Of a stretch of DNA of 54,627 bases, positions 35,394 through 46,065 are shown piece by piece. The notes beneath the pieces were generated by a model. It was not told where the DNA came from, did no database searches, and saw only the letters and a list, made by a program, of their open reading frames with translations. A program made the position numbers and the translations under genes. The stretch is from a virus: the IMG/VR virus record IMGVR_UViG_3300045988_061949. One strand, 5' to 3'. Each line of letters starts with the position of its first letter. Within the stretch, counting starts at the first letter, position 1.

Positions 35394-35765
35394 ATGTATC
35401 TTGATTATAACAAATATAAAGAGTTAGGTGGTACACTCAATGAAACCGCCTTTAATCAACATGAAATTGAAGTCGAAGCAAAGTTAGATTATCTGACAAA
35501 TGGCAGAATCAGAAAACTAGACATCATCCCAGATGCAGTAGTTAATCTTTGTTTTAGATTGAATATAAATTTTTGGGAGCAGATGAATATAGACCAAGCA
35601 CAGAATCTAACCAGCTATTCCAATGGCATTGAAAGTTTTGGTTATAGTGCAACGAACAACGAAGGAAAAAGTGTTATAGATACACAGATTATTCAGCTAG
35701 TTAATGAATACTTATGGGAGTATCCCGAATTACTTTACAGAGGTAGAAAACAATGGATGCACTGA
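35394..35765 (+). CDS. Head-tail connector protein (gp6-like)
   Basis: Assigned from position and size in the head-completion block. Confidence 0.5.
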   Translation: MYLDYNKYKELGGTLNETAFNQHEIEVEAKLDYLTNGRIRKLDIIPDAVVNLCFRLNINFWEQMNIDQAQNLTSYSNGIESFGYSATNNEGKSVIDTQIIQLVNEYLWEYPELLYRGRKQWMH

Positions 35766-36163
35766 CAATAACAATAGCTAATAGATTAGCTAAAAGTGAC
35801 AGTATAACGGGGCTTGATGTCTGGTATAAATGCTTCTTGCATAACATCCAATATGCTATTGAGCGTGTTATGGATGTCAATGGAACACAAGTTAGTATGG
35901 GTCAAGCATTCACCATTTTAATTCCTTTTGATGATAAGTATAAACCTTATGATGAATGGAAAAATCTTGAAAATAAAGATTCCTATTATACTTTGTCACA
36001 AGGAGATTATATATTTTTAAAGGAAGTAAATGAAGATTTTCTACCAAATACCATCATACAGCTTAAAAACAAGCATAAAGGTATGGTGTGCGAAGTAAGA
36101 AGTATCATAGAAGTTTCAAAGAGATATGGAGCAACTATCAGATTGAAAGTGAGTGGTGTGTAA
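35753..36163 (+). CDS. Head-closure / head-tail adaptor protein
   Basis: Assigned from position, with overlapping starts and stops. Confidence 0.45.
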   Translation: MDALTITIANRLAKSDSITGLDVWYKCFLHNIQYAIERVMDVNGTQVSMGQAFTILIPFDDKYKPYDEWKNLENKDSYYTLSQGDYIFLKEVNEDFLPNTIIQLKNKHKGMVCEVRSIIEVSKRYGATIRLKVSGV

Positions 36164-36603
36164 TGAGTAATGCTAAAGTTACTATCAAACTTTATAACCC
36201 ACCTGCTACAGTTCATAGATTAGCTGAATCTGATAAAATAGGAAAATTCTTGGCTAGTGAATGGTCAAGATATTTTGCAAAATATACACCAATGCAAGAA
36301 GGTATATTAGCCAGTAATATTACAATAGACCCATTCAAAGTCACATATAATTCACCTTATGCTCATTACCAATGGGAAGGAAAATTATATGTCGACCCTA
36401 TAACAGGCAAAGGTGCTTTCTATGACAAAGATTATGGATTCTGGAGTAGACCTGGTGTACCTAAAGTTCCAACGAATATACCTCTTAATTACAGTAAAGA
36501 ACAAAATCCACTTGCAACAAGTCATTGGGAAGTTCCTGCTTTTGAGATGTATAAAAATATCGTTGCTAAAAGCGTATCTGAATATATAAGGAGAAATGTT
36601 TAA
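36163..36603 (+). CDS. Tail-completion (gp10-like) protein
   Basis: The ATG overlaps the upstream TAA (TAATG). Assigned from position. Confidence 0.45.
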   Translation: MSNAKVTIKLYNPPATVHRLAESDKIGKFLASEWSRYFAKYTPMQEGILASNITIDPFKVTYNSPYAHYQWEGKLYVDPITGKGAFYDKDYGFWSRPGVPKVPTNIPLNYSKEQNPLATSHWEVPAFEMYKNIVAKSVSEYIRRNV

Positions 36604-36606
36604 ATT

Positions 36607-37038
36607 ATGAATCTTTACAGGCAAGTAAATGAATGGTTGACTGAAAATTATGAGCCTTTAGGACATTGGATGTATTTCAATGCTACACCCATGTTTGTAG
36701 GCGCGGTAACAATGAATAGTGTACCTGGAGTTCGTATAGTACAGAAATTTATTGATGGTTCAATGAAGAAAGAACTTGCATTTGCTATAGACATGATTAC
36801 AAGCTATGATAATTCAGGTACTAGCGATGTAAATATGGAAGCACTGGATGAGGTTCAGAATTTTTCTGAATGGATTGATAAACAATCAATTGACTCTGGA
36901 CCAGATTTCGGAGAAAAGTGTAGTATAGAAAAAATAGAAGTACTTACAAATGCTCCAACATTATTAGTTGATACAACCAATCAGCTATCTAAATATCAAT
37001 TTCAAGTAAAAATAACATATACAGAAAGGAAGGAATAA
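36607..37038 (+). CDS. Tail terminator / completion protein
   Basis: Lies directly before the major tail protein gene. Confidence 0.45.
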   Translation: MNLYRQVNEWLTENYEPLGHWMYFNATPMFVGAVTMNSVPGVRIVQKFIDGSMKKELAFAIDMITSYDNSGTSDVNMEALDEVQNFSEWIDKQSIDSGPDFGEKCSIEKIEVLTNAPTLLVDTTNQLSKYQFQVKITYTERKE

Positions 37039-37040
37039 AA

Positions 37041-37526
37041 ATGAAATTAGCACGAGAAGCATTAATGCATTACATTGATAGTTCTTTTGGAACAGGGACT
37101 GCAACATGGTTTCTTATTGGTAAAGACATTGACGATATGTCAGTAGAACTAAATCCTGATACAGAGACCACTAAGAATATTTTAGGAGAGACAACTGTAA
37201 AAGATAATGGTTATGAGCCTAGCATGTCAGCTGACCCATACTATGCTAATCCAGAAGATAGCATATATGAGAAACTTGTGGATATTGCTATGAATAGACT
37301 TAAAGGTGATAAGTGTAAAACTCAGATTCTTGAAGTTATTATCAAGGATACAGCAGAAACCACTCACCAGGCATGGGTAGAAGATGTTATCGTTAAGCCA
37401 CAATCTTATGGTGGTGATACATCAGGAGTATCAATTCCATTTGATGTACTCTTTGATGGAAATAGAAAAGAAGGTACAGTAACTATTGCGAGTGGTGTGC
37501 CTACATTTACACCCAAAAAAGGCTAG
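37041..37526 (+). CDS. Major tail protein
   Basis: 161 aa, followed by a terminator and then the chaperone and tape-measure genes. Confidence 0.6.
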   Translation: MKLAREALMHYIDSSFGTGTATWFLIGKDIDDMSVELNPDTETTKNILGETTVKDNGYEPSMSADPYYANPEDSIYEKLVDIAMNRLKGDKCKTQILEVIIKDTAETTHQAWVEDVIVKPQSYGGDTSGVSIPFDVLFDGNRKEGTVTIASGVPTFTPKKG

Positions 37527-37595
37527 TCAGGGGACTAGCGATATAAATTCACAATCATTAGATGATGAACATAAAACCATTATTGATTAGATGCA

Positions 37596-37632
37596 AGGAT
37601 AAGGGTATTAATTTATCCTTATCCTATTTTTT
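37596..37632 (+). terminator. Rho-independent terminator after the major tail gene
   Basis: AGGATAAGG / CCTTATCCT stem followed by a T-run. Confidence 0.75.
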
Positions 37633-37647
37633 ATAAGGAGAAAAATT

Positions 37648-38073
37648 ATGGCAGGAATTAAAATTGAAACAGGATTAAAGACATATGATATAGAAGATGA
37701 GAATGGAAATGTAAGAGGACAAATCTCATTCAACCCTTCAGATATTAATTTATATCCCCGTGCTCAAGCAATGCAGGAACATATTAAAGAGTATATCAAA
37801 GAACTTACAAGTATCAACGAAAATGAAGTTAATATGGTAAATGAGTTCGATAGGATGGATAAACTTATCAAGAATGAAATTAACACGCTTTTTGATGATG
37901 AAAATGCAAGTAAGGTTGTATTTGGAAATCAGAGTGCATTATCATCATACAAAGGGATAACATTTGTTGAAAGATTCTTGTTAGCTTTCATGCCAATAAT
38001 TCAGAAGGAGACAGAAGCTGAGTTTAAGAAGAGTATGAAACACATTGAGAAATATACAAAGCAGGTAGAGTAA
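37648..38073 (+). CDS. Tail assembly chaperone
   Basis: Lies upstream of the tape-measure gene. Acidic, 141-aa protein. Confidence 0.5.
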   Translation: MAGIKIETGLKTYDIEDENGNVRGQISFNPSDINLYPRAQAMQEHIKEYIKELTSINENEVNMVNEFDRMDKLIKNEINTLFDDENASKVVFGNQSALSSYKGITFVERFLLAFMPIIQKETEAEFKKSMKHIEKYTKQVE

Positions 38074-38074
38074 T

Positions 38075-38641
38075 ATGATTGGTAAGTTACCAACAACCTT
38101 AAAAGTTGATAATATTGATTATGAAATCCGCACAGATTATAGAGATATCCTAGTTATTATGCAGGCATGTGTGGATGACGAACTTACAGACATGGAAAAA
38201 ATAATGGTGGTTCTTTCAATTCTTTTCAAGGATAAGATACCTAAATCAACCGGTACAGCATATGAAAAAGCTTTATGGTTCTTAGATGGAGGTCAGATTC
38301 AATCAGAACAATCATCACAGAATCAACATATGCGGCCACAACTATATGACTGGGAACAGGATGAGCAGATTATTTTTTCCGCTATTAATAAAATTGCTGG
38401 ATATGAGGTAAGAGATGTTAAGTACATGCACTGGTGGACATTTATTGGATTATTCAATGAAATTGGGGAAGGTATGTTCTCCACAGTAGTTCGTATCAGA
38501 GAAAAGAAAGCAAAACATAAAAAATTAGAAAAGTGGGAGCGTACTTTCTATAATGATAACAAAGATATTATAGATTTGAAGAAACATAAAAATAAGCGTA
38601 GTCAAGCAGAAAAAGATGCTTTGGATGCATTAATTGGATAG
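38075..38641 (+). CDS. Gp15-like tail-associated protein
   Basis: Assigned from position. It has its own ATG 2 nt after the upstream stop. Confidence 0.45.
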   Translation: MIGKLPTTLKVDNIDYEIRTDYRDILVIMQACVDDELTDMEKIMVVLSILFKDKIPKSTGTAYEKALWFLDGGQIQSEQSSQNQHMRPQLYDWEQDEQIIFSAINKIAGYEVRDVKYMHWWTFIGLFNEIGEGMFSTVVRIREKKAKHKKLEKWERTFYNDNKDIIDLKKHKNKRSQAEKDALDALIG

Positions 38642-38659
38642 AAAGGAGGTGCATAGATA

Positions 38660-41600
38660 ATGGCAGATGGTAAAGTTGTAATTGAGACCGGATTGGATTC
38701 TACTGGGTTAAAAAAAGGATTGAACAATCTCAAACCTCAATTCACAGAAATAGGAAATACAAGCACCAAAGCTATGAATCAGATAAGTAATAGCGTGGGC
38801 GGTGCAACTAAGTCTATGAGTTCTTTGAAAAGTTCCTTAAAAGGAATTATTGGCACACTAGGTCTTGTATTTAGTTTGAAAGCACTTATTAATTTTGGTC
38901 AACAGGCTGTTAATGTGGCATCAGATTTAACTGAAGTTGATGATGTGGTTCAAAAAGCATTTGGAAACATGCGTGGGGAAATGGATGCTCTTGCAGATAG
39001 TTCCATTAAGAATTTAGGTATATCAAGACTAGAAGCTTATCAAACTGGCTCTACTTTCATGGCAATGGGAAAGTCAATGCTAACCTCCTCTCAAGATGCT
39101 AAAGATATGGCATTAAATTTGACAAAATTAAGCGCTAATATGGCATCTTTCTTTAATACTTCCAATAAATATGCCGCAATTGCATTAAAATCTATATATA
39201 CTGGTGAAACAGAGACTTTAAAGCAATATGGTGTTGTTATGACCGAAGTAAATCTAAAGCAATTTGCTTTAGCTCAAGGTATTTCAAAATCATATGAGGA
39301 AATGTCTCAGTCTGAGAGAGTAATGCTTAGATATCAGTATGTAATACAACAGCTTGGATATATAGGAGATGACTTCATTGATACCCAAGATTCATGGGCT
39401 AACCAGACAAGAGTATTAAGTGAGCAATGGAAAGAATTTCTAGGAGTATTAGGTACTGGAATAATCACTATATTAACTCCTTTAGTTAAAGCACTTAATA
39501 TGGTTCTGGGTCGTATGATTGCTATAGCTAAATCTATAGGTTCTGTACTATCCAACGTATTTGGTATACAGGTTCAAAGTGCTAATCAAGTTAGTGGGAC
39601 TGTATCAGATACAGCAGATGCTTTTGATGATGCTTCCACAGCAGTTGGTGATTATGATAAAGCCACTAAGAAAGCATCTAAGACAGCTTCAAAATCATTG
39701 GCTTCCTTTGATAAATTAAATAACACAATGACTTCACAATCTGATAGTGGCACAGGCACAGGAGGCGCTGGTGGAGGTGGTGGTATTACAACACCTAACA
39801 TTAACTCAGGCGCAGATTCTGCTCTAACTCAAGCAAATTCTAAAATTAATACAGTTTTGGATAATGTTAAAAAACGATTATTGGAGCTTGTAGATTTGGT
39901 CAAGAAAGGCTTCAAAAATGGATTAGGAACTGATTTTGATGCTAGTATTAAAAGAACTGAGAAACATCTTGCAAGTATTGGTAAGCAATTACAAGATATT
40001 TTCACCAATCCGAATGTTATAAATGCGGCAAATAATTGGGCTAATAATGTTGCATATGCTTTAGGACAGCTTGCAGGAAGCATGATTAGTATAGGTCAGA
40101 CAATAATTGAAAATCTGGTTGGTGGAGTTGATAGCTTTTTATCCAAAGACAGTGGATATATTACTGACAGAATAGTTGGATTATTTGATATATCAAGTAG
40201 AGTAGCTCAAATTACCGGAAACTTATCAACAGCTATAGCAGAGATATTTACTGTATTTAGAAGCGATACTGCTAAAAATATAACTGGAGATTTCATGGGA
40301 ATTAATGCAGATTTAGCATTAGGTTTTATGGAATTAACCGGAAGATTATCCTCAGATTTATATAATTTAATTGCTCAACCAATTATTGATAATAAAGATA
40401 AAATTCAACAAGCTGTAATGGGATTGCTTGAACCTATATCCATTGCGATGGATACAATTCATGGAGCAATAAAAAATACATTTGAACAGATTTTTAATGT
40501 CTATGATGAATATTTAGCTCCAGCTTTTCAAAATATAACAGACGGATTTAGCAGTTTAGTGAGTAGTCTTTTAGATGTATGGAACAGTCAAGTAGCTCCA
40601 TTTTTAACAACAGTAGCAACAGCAATTCAAACATTGTGGGAAACTCATCTTCAACCTTTTGTTAATAATCTAATTACACTTGTTGGAAAGATAGTGCTTG
40701 CAATAAGTGAATTATGGAAAAATGTACTTGAACCATTAATTGCATGGATTGTTGCTAATGTAGTTCCAGTTATAACTCCTATTTTGGAAACAATGGTGAA
40801 GACTGTATCATCAATTATAGGCACTATAGCTGATATTTTATCAGGCATAATGGAAACTCTTGGTGGAATTATAGATTTTATTACAGGTGTATTCACTGGT
40901 GATTGGTCATTAGCTTGGCAAGGAGTTCAGGAAATATTCACAGGAATTTGGAATGCATTAACTGGATTTATCTCAGGTATATGGTCAACTATTGAGTCAA
41001 TTTTCACTGGAGCAATTTCAATAATTGTACAGTTCATACAAACTGGATTCAATGCGGCAAAGACTGTTATTACAACCATTTTTGGAGGTATTAAAACTTT
41101 CATCTCAAATACGTGGAGTGGCATTAAATCTATAGTGATAGGGGCTGTCAATGTACTTAAATCATATGTAATAAATGGATTTAATTATATAAAAAGTGGT
41201 ATTACTGGTGTGATGAATACTATTCTATCTATTATTTCTGGAATATGGAGAGGAATATATAATGTGGCTAGAACATATATCAATTATGTTCTAAGTGGCA
41301 TACAAAGCATGGTTAATGGAATAATTGGAGGTCTTAATTCTATGATTAGGGCACTTAACCATTTACATTTCAGCATTCCGGATTGGGTTCCTGGATTAGG
41401 TGGTAAGTCATTAGGATTTAATCTTGGCACTATATCAAGAGTTAGCTTGCCTAGACTTGCAACTGGAGCAGTGCTTCCAGCAAATCAACCATTCTTGTCT
41501 GTTGTAGGTGACCAGAAACATGGAACTAATATTGAGGCACCATTGGATACAATTAAGCAAGCATTAAAAGAGACTTTGCAGGGTATGAATATGTCAGATA

Positions 41601-41707
41601 ACTCACCAATAGTGATTGAAATTGATGGAAAAGAAGTATTTAGAGCTATTAGAAATCAAGATAGACAATTCATAAAGCAAACCGGTAAAAGTGCATTTTC
41701 TTATTAA
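38660..41707 (+). CDS. Tape measure protein
   Basis: 1015 aa with a Gly-run (GTGTGGAGGGGG) and long repetitive hydrophobic helices. Confidence 0.85.
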   Translation: MADGKVVIETGLDSTGLKKGLNNLKPQFTEIGNTSTKAMNQISNSVGGATKSMSSLKSSLKGIIGTLGLVFSLKALINFGQQAVNVASDLTEVDDVVQKAFGNMRGEMDALADSSIKNLGISRLEAYQTGSTFMAMGKSMLTSSQDAKDMALNLTKLSANMASFFNTSNKYAAIALKSIYTGETETLKQYGVVMTEVNLKQFALAQGISKSYEEMSQSERVMLRYQYVIQQLGYIGDDFIDTQDSWANQTRVLSEQWKEFLGVLGTGIITILTPLVKALNMVLGRMIAIAKSIGSVLSNVFGIQVQSANQVSGTVSDTADAFDDASTAVGDYDKATKKASKTASKSLASFDKLNNTMTSQSDSGTGTGGAGGGGGITTPNINSGADSALTQANSKINTVLDNVKKRLLELVDLVKKGFKNGLGTDFDASIKRTEKHLASIGKQLQDIFTNPNVINAANNWANNVAYALGQLAGSMISIGQTIIENLVGGVDSFLSKDSGYITDRIVGLFDISSRVAQITGNLSTAIAEIFTVFRSDTAKNITGDFMGINADLALGFMELTGRLSSDLYNLIAQPIIDNKDKIQQAVMGLLEPISIAMDTIHGAIKNTFEQIFNVYDEYLAPAFQNITDGFSSLVSSLLDVWNSQVAPFLTTVATAIQTLWETHLQPFVNNLITLVGKIVLAISELWKNVLEPLIAWIVANVVPVITPILETMVKTVSSIIGTIADILSGIMETLGGIIDFITGVFTGDWSLAWQGVQEIFTGIWNALTGFISGIWSTIESIFTGAISIIVQFIQTGFNAAKTVITTIFGGIKTFISNTWSGIKSIVIGAVNVLKSYVINGFNYIKSGITGVMNTILSIISGIWRGIYNVARTYINYVLSGIQSMVNGIIGGLNSMIRALNHLHFSIPDWVPGLGGKSLGFNLGTISRVSLPRLATGAVLPANQPFLSVVGDQKHGTNIEAPLDTIKQALKETLQGMNMSDNSPIVIEIDGKEVFRAIRNQDRQFIKQTGKSAFSY

Positions 41708-41718
41708 GGAGGAAAAGT

Positions 41719-42126
41719 ATGAGCTATAATGGATACTTAATTAAAATAGGTACTTTTACTTTTCCTCTCAAACATATTGAGTATGGAACATATAAAGTAA
41801 AAGTAAACGGACAAGATATAGATAGTTTCAGAAATGCAAACGGAATATTAACAAGAAACGCTTTAGAGCACATGCCCTTATCCATATCATTTGATATATT
41901 GGATGGTCTTGACAATGAAACTTTTGAAAAAGATATCATGAAGCCCATGCGAGACAGATACGAAAATAGCAATGAAAAAGATGTTACTATGGAAGTATTT
42001 GTACCAGAAATAAATGGTTATATCACTCAAAAAGTATATAAAGTTGATACTGAATTTACCATAGACGATATTGAAGAAAATTTAGTTTATTACGATACAG
42101 TATCATTTGAATTTGTAGGTTACTAA
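41719..42126 (+). CDS. Distal tail protein candidate
   Basis: Lies directly after the tape-measure gene. Confidence 0.45.
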   Translation: MSYNGYLIKIGTFTFPLKHIEYGTYKVKVNGQDIDSFRNANGILTRNALEHMPLSISFDILDGLDNETFEKDIMKPMRDRYENSNEKDVTMEVFVPEINGYITQKVYKVDTEFTIDDIEENLVYYDTVSFEFVGY

Positions 42127-42135
42127 GGAGGATGT

Positions 42136-44289
42136 ATGATAGATTATAAGTATTATGATTTATTTGATAAGTCATCTGTGGACAAGCAACTAAAAATTGT
42201 ATGTCAAGATGGAACTATTTTGACAAATAAAAATTTCTCATCTACATCCAGTGATTTCTCACTGTCGGAGTCATTATGCTCTGACAGTAAGTTATCGTTT
42301 GGTAAATGTGAGTCAGCTTGTCTGAAAATCAAAATAGCTAATACAATAAATTCATTAAAAGGTCAAACGTTACAAGTTACTGAAACTTTAAACAATAAAA
42401 ATGATGTGCCTTTCAAAATTGGTACATACATAGTTGATGAAGATACATTGACAAGCGATAAAAAATATAGAAACATTACAGCTTATGATAGATTGTACTC
42501 AGTATCATCCATGAATGTAAGTGATTGGTATAGTAAGTTATTTCCTAGCAAGCAAGTGCCATTAATTAGATATGAAAATGTTACTAAAGAATGGACATAT
42601 ACTGGTATAGATGGAAAAGAAGTAACTGAGTATTACGAGGAGCTTGAACCTATAACTTATTATCAAACCGAGTATGAGTCTATAACACTGAAAGCTTTTA
42701 GAGATTCATTTTTTAAATATATTGGTTTAACTCAACAATCAACTACATTGGTTAATGACAACATGAAAGTATCAAAATCAGTAGATGATATTGACTTGAC
42801 TGCTAAAGATGTACTTGAAGCAATTTGTGAAATTAATGGTGTCTTTGGAAAAATGTCCAGAGAAGATGTATTTATATATGTAGAACTAAAATCATTTTCA
42901 AGAGGATTATTCCCAAGCAAGACTTTATACCCAAATAGTTCATTATTTCCGCAAAAACCTGGAAATGTTGATACTCGTAGATTACCAATGGGTGAATATA
43001 AGACACTTCAAGTGGGAGATACTAATTTTGAACAAATTACAAAATTACAAATACGACAAAGTGAAGATGATATTGGTTATATTGCTGGAGATGATACCGG
43101 AGTAAGCTACATTATTCAAGGTAATTTTCTAACATATTCATCAGGAACTGATGAATTAAAAACTATTGCTAATAATGTTCTTTCCAAAATATCCAAAGTA
43201 ATTTTTAATCCGATAAATATTACATTGCAAGGTAATCCTTGTGTAGAGACTGGTGATACTATTAGAATAGTAGATACGAATAATAAGGTATATATGTCTT
43301 ATGTGCTACAGAGAACATTAACAGGTATTCAGATGCTTATGGATAGCATTATATCAGAAGGTGACCAATCTCTTGCAGAAGTTAATGGTATACATCATGA
43401 CATTATCAAGTTGCAAGGAAAGACGAATGAGTTATCCCGTCTTGTTGAAGGAACATCATCTACTTTAAATGATTATGCTAAAGGATTAAAATCTGAAATA
43501 GCACAAAAGACAGACTCATTAAAACTTAGTGTGGCAAAATCATTCGCTGTCACTGATGAGACAATTAAGAAAGTGCAAGCAGACCTTGAACTTAAAATTG
43601 ATAAAGACGATAACGGTCAGATTATATCAATGATAAACGCAAGTGCAGATGTTATTAATCTAACTGGCAATCGCTTGACACTTGGTTCTGATAATTGTAC
43701 AATTACTAAAGATGGAACTATAACCGCTAAAAATGCTTTACTGAGCGGTTCATTCCAGTGTGGAGATTATACAAGCAAACAAGGACAGTTCTTTTACGCA
43801 TCTAATACAGGAGATTGTAGTGCTCAAACATTAAAACTATACACAAGCTTGGGTATAGGTACAGAGGTAGGTACTGACCAATATTTTGCAGAAATGACCT
43901 CATCCTCAGATGAATTTTTAGCATATTTTGGATTAGTCTCAAGCAACTATATGCGTATGAGAATAGATGCATCTACATCCACTATTGAGGGTTATGATGG
44001 AGAAAGAAACACAGCATGGCTAACAATGTATGGTGATGTATGGAATGAGCAAAGCAAAGGAAAAGACACCGCCTATATGGGCAATAATCTATATATAGAT
44101 GGAAAATTCCAAGTTAAAGGTAATTCATATTTTAATGTGCCACAGGTTATATTGAAGTCCACCTGGTGGGGTGAAGGACATCCTGCAATGATTATGGACC
44201 ATGAACTTACATTCCATTGGTATGATAGTAACATATATGTTTATATAGATAAAACACAAATAGGATATCTTAATATCACAAGAACTTAA
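42136..44289 (+). CDS. Tail-associated / baseplate structural protein
   Basis: 717 aa. Assigned from position, with a coiled-coil middle region. Confidence 0.6.
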   Translation: MIDYKYYDLFDKSSVDKQLKIVCQDGTILTNKNFSSTSSDFSLSESLCSDSKLSFGKCESACLKIKIANTINSLKGQTLQVTETLNNKNDVPFKIGTYIVDEDTLTSDKKYRNITAYDRLYSVSSMNVSDWYSKLFPSKQVPLIRYENVTKEWTYTGIDGKEVTEYYEELEPITYYQTEYESITLKAFRDSFFKYIGLTQQSTTLVNDNMKVSKSVDDIDLTAKDVLEAICEINGVFGKMSREDVFIYVELKSFSRGLFPSKTLYPNSSLFPQKPGNVDTRRLPMGEYKTLQVGDTNFEQITKLQIRQSEDDIGYIAGDDTGVSYIIQGNFLTYSSGTDELKTIANNVLSKISKVIFNPINITLQGNPCVETGDTIRIVDTNNKVYMSYVLQRTLTGIQMLMDSIISEGDQSLAEVNGIHHDIIKLQGKTNELSRLVEGTSSTLNDYAKGLKSEIAQKTDSLKLSVAKSFAVTDETIKKVQADLELKIDKDDNGQIISMINASADVINLTGNRLTLGSDNCTITKDGTITAKNALLSGSFQCGDYTSKQGQFFYASNTGDCSAQTLKLYTSLGIGTEVGTDQYFAEMTSSSDEFLAYFGLVSSNYMRMRIDASTSTIEGYDGERNTAWLTMYGDVWNEQSKGKDTAYMGNNLYIDGKFQVKGNSYFNVPQVILKSTWWGEGHPAMIMDHELTFHWYDSNIYVYIDKTQIGYLNITRT

Positions 44290-44307
44290 TATAAGGAGAA
44301 ATTAAAC

Positions 44308-44556
44308 ATGGAAAAACCAGCAAGCTTATTAATTGAAGAAACAAGACACGACATAATCAACATCTTGAATGAATCTAAACTTCATTCAAGCATACTTGAG
44401 TTAATTATGAGGGATATAATGAATGATGTTACCAATGCTTCAGCAAGAGTTAAAAATAAAGAACTTGAAGAGTACAATAACAAAGTACTTGAAGAAGCAA
44501 AAAATAATTCAGAAAACGAGCAAACACAAAATAATTCAGAAAATAAGGAGGAATAA
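44308..44556 (+). CDS. Hypothetical acidic protein
   Basis: 82-aa ORF with AAGGAGA RBS. Confidence 0.55.
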   Translation: MEKPASLLIEETRHDIINILNESKLHSSILELIMRDIMNDVTNASARVKNKELEEYNNKVLEEAKNNSENEQTQNNSENKEE

Positions 44557-44558
44557 AT

Positions 44559-44753
44559 ATGGCATTTGTTGATGATTATAACCCAATTAACTTTGTAGAT
44601 TTACCAAGTGAAACCACTCCCATTGATGCTACTAATCTTAATAAAATGGATAAGCAGATTAAGAAATTGAGCACATTTGCTTCAACTACAGATAATCTAG
44701 GATTATCTGTAGTAAATGGCAAAGTAAATATAACATATGAAAGGAATGAGTAA
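44559..44753 (+). CDS. Hypothetical protein
   Basis: 64-aa ORF with AGGAGGA RBS. Confidence 0.55.
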   Translation: MAFVDDYNPINFVDLPSETTPIDATNLNKMDKQIKKLSTFASTTDNLGLSVVNGKVNITYERNE

Positions 44754-44755
44754 TT

Positions 44756-46036
44756 ATGAGTGCAATAACAAGTCCAATCATCTTAGACGAAACCGGAAAA
44801 GCTATAGTTGAAGCTATTAAAGCGTTAAAGACAAGTACAGGAAATATATGCTATGGAATGCATATAGATGGAAATGAAAGTGACCCTTCGGCTAAAGTAA
44901 CCTATTTAAGAGATGCAGTAGGAATGACACCTGCTAAAATGAATTTTTCCACAGGAGTATTTTCGTATGGTTCATGGGGGAATGCATTCTTTATTCCTCG
45001 TCCATGTATGCTTAAAACAGATTGCACTGTAGATTATTATTTGAATCCTAACGACTATTCAAAAAAGATAAATGGAAGTTTATCTGATATAACTAATACA
45101 TCTTATGATGGAAATGCTATGATAGAGTGGGGAAAAGATGGAAGAAGAATATATACGAAAATAGTTCCAGACGAAAATGATTCTACATCTGCAAGCATCT
45201 ATATAGCAAATTATAAAGAAGACGATAATTTCCAGGATTGGTGCTTTAAGGATAAAAATGGAAGAGACATACCTCATTTTTATACACCTTGTTTTGAAGG
45301 TTCATTAGATACAGGCAATAAATTAAGGTCTTTAAGTGGACAGACATTGATGAAATCAAAAACAGTATCACAAGAGATGTCCTATGCAAAAGGTAATGGT
45401 AGTGATTATAATATTGAAGTATTCAGTGATTTTCAGCTTATAAGTTTTTTGCTTATTTTGATGGGAAAATCAACAGATGTTCAATCAGTATATGGATTAG
45501 GAATGAGCAAAAATAGTTATGATGAATCCTTATTGTTAAAATCAGGTACAATGAATACAAAAGGACTTTTCTGGGGAGAAAATACTGGAAAAGCAGGTGT
45601 CAAAGTCTTTGGTATGGAAAATTTCTATGGAAATCAATGGAGACGAACACTTGGGTTAATACTAGACCACTCAACACTAAAGTATAAATTAACCGAATCT
45701 ACAATAGATGGTTCAACAGCTAATGGTTATAATACAGATGGTTCTGGATATCTTTCAGTATTAGATTCAGCTCCAGTTGGAACAACTGGCGGATATATTA
45801 AGTTTATGAAATTTACAGGGGATGGAATGTTTCCAAAAGAAGCAAGTGGTTCTTCCAACACTTATTTTCCTGATGGATATTGGTTTAATATAAAACAAAT
45901 AAACCTCGCTTATTATGGGGGCAATTTGGGTTTGAGCAATAGTCATCTTGTGGGCTTGTGCGTTGATTTGGGCAGTGATGCTTCTATTGCTGGCTGGCGC
46001 ATTGGCGCGGGTCTTTCTTGTAAGCCTAGTAAATAA
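44756..46036 (+). CDS. Tail fibre / receptor-binding protein with a C-type-lectin-like C-terminus
   Basis: 426 aa at the end of the tail module. The C-terminus reads GGNLGLSNSHLVGLCVDLGSDASIAGWRIGAGLSC. Confidence 0.6.
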   Translation: MSAITSPIILDETGKAIVEAIKALKTSTGNICYGMHIDGNESDPSAKVTYLRDAVGMTPAKMNFSTGVFSYGSWGNAFFIPRPCMLKTDCTVDYYLNPNDYSKKINGSLSDITNTSYDGNAMIEWGKDGRRIYTKIVPDENDSTSASIYIANYKEDDNFQDWCFKDKNGRDIPHFYTPCFEGSLDTGNKLRSLSGQTLMKSKTVSQEMSYAKGNGSDYNIEVFSDFQLISFLLILMGKSTDVQSVYGLGMSKNSYDESLLLKSGTMNTKGLFWGENTGKAGVKVFGMENFYGNQWRRTLGLILDHSTLKYKLTESTIDGSTANGYNTDGSGYLSVLDSAPVGTTGGYIKFMKFTGDGMFPKEASGSSNTYFPDGYWFNIKQINLAYYGGNLGLSNSHLVGLCVDLGSDASIAGWRIGAGLSCKPSK

Positions 46037-46065
46037 AAAATATGATAAGGAAAGGAATGAACAAT

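Noticed and set aside
37648-38641. Programmed -1 frameshift between the two tail-chaperone ORFs (G/GT type)
   Set aside because: I found no XXXYYYZ slippery heptamer near the end of 37648-38073. The second ORF has its own ATG 2 nt after the stop.
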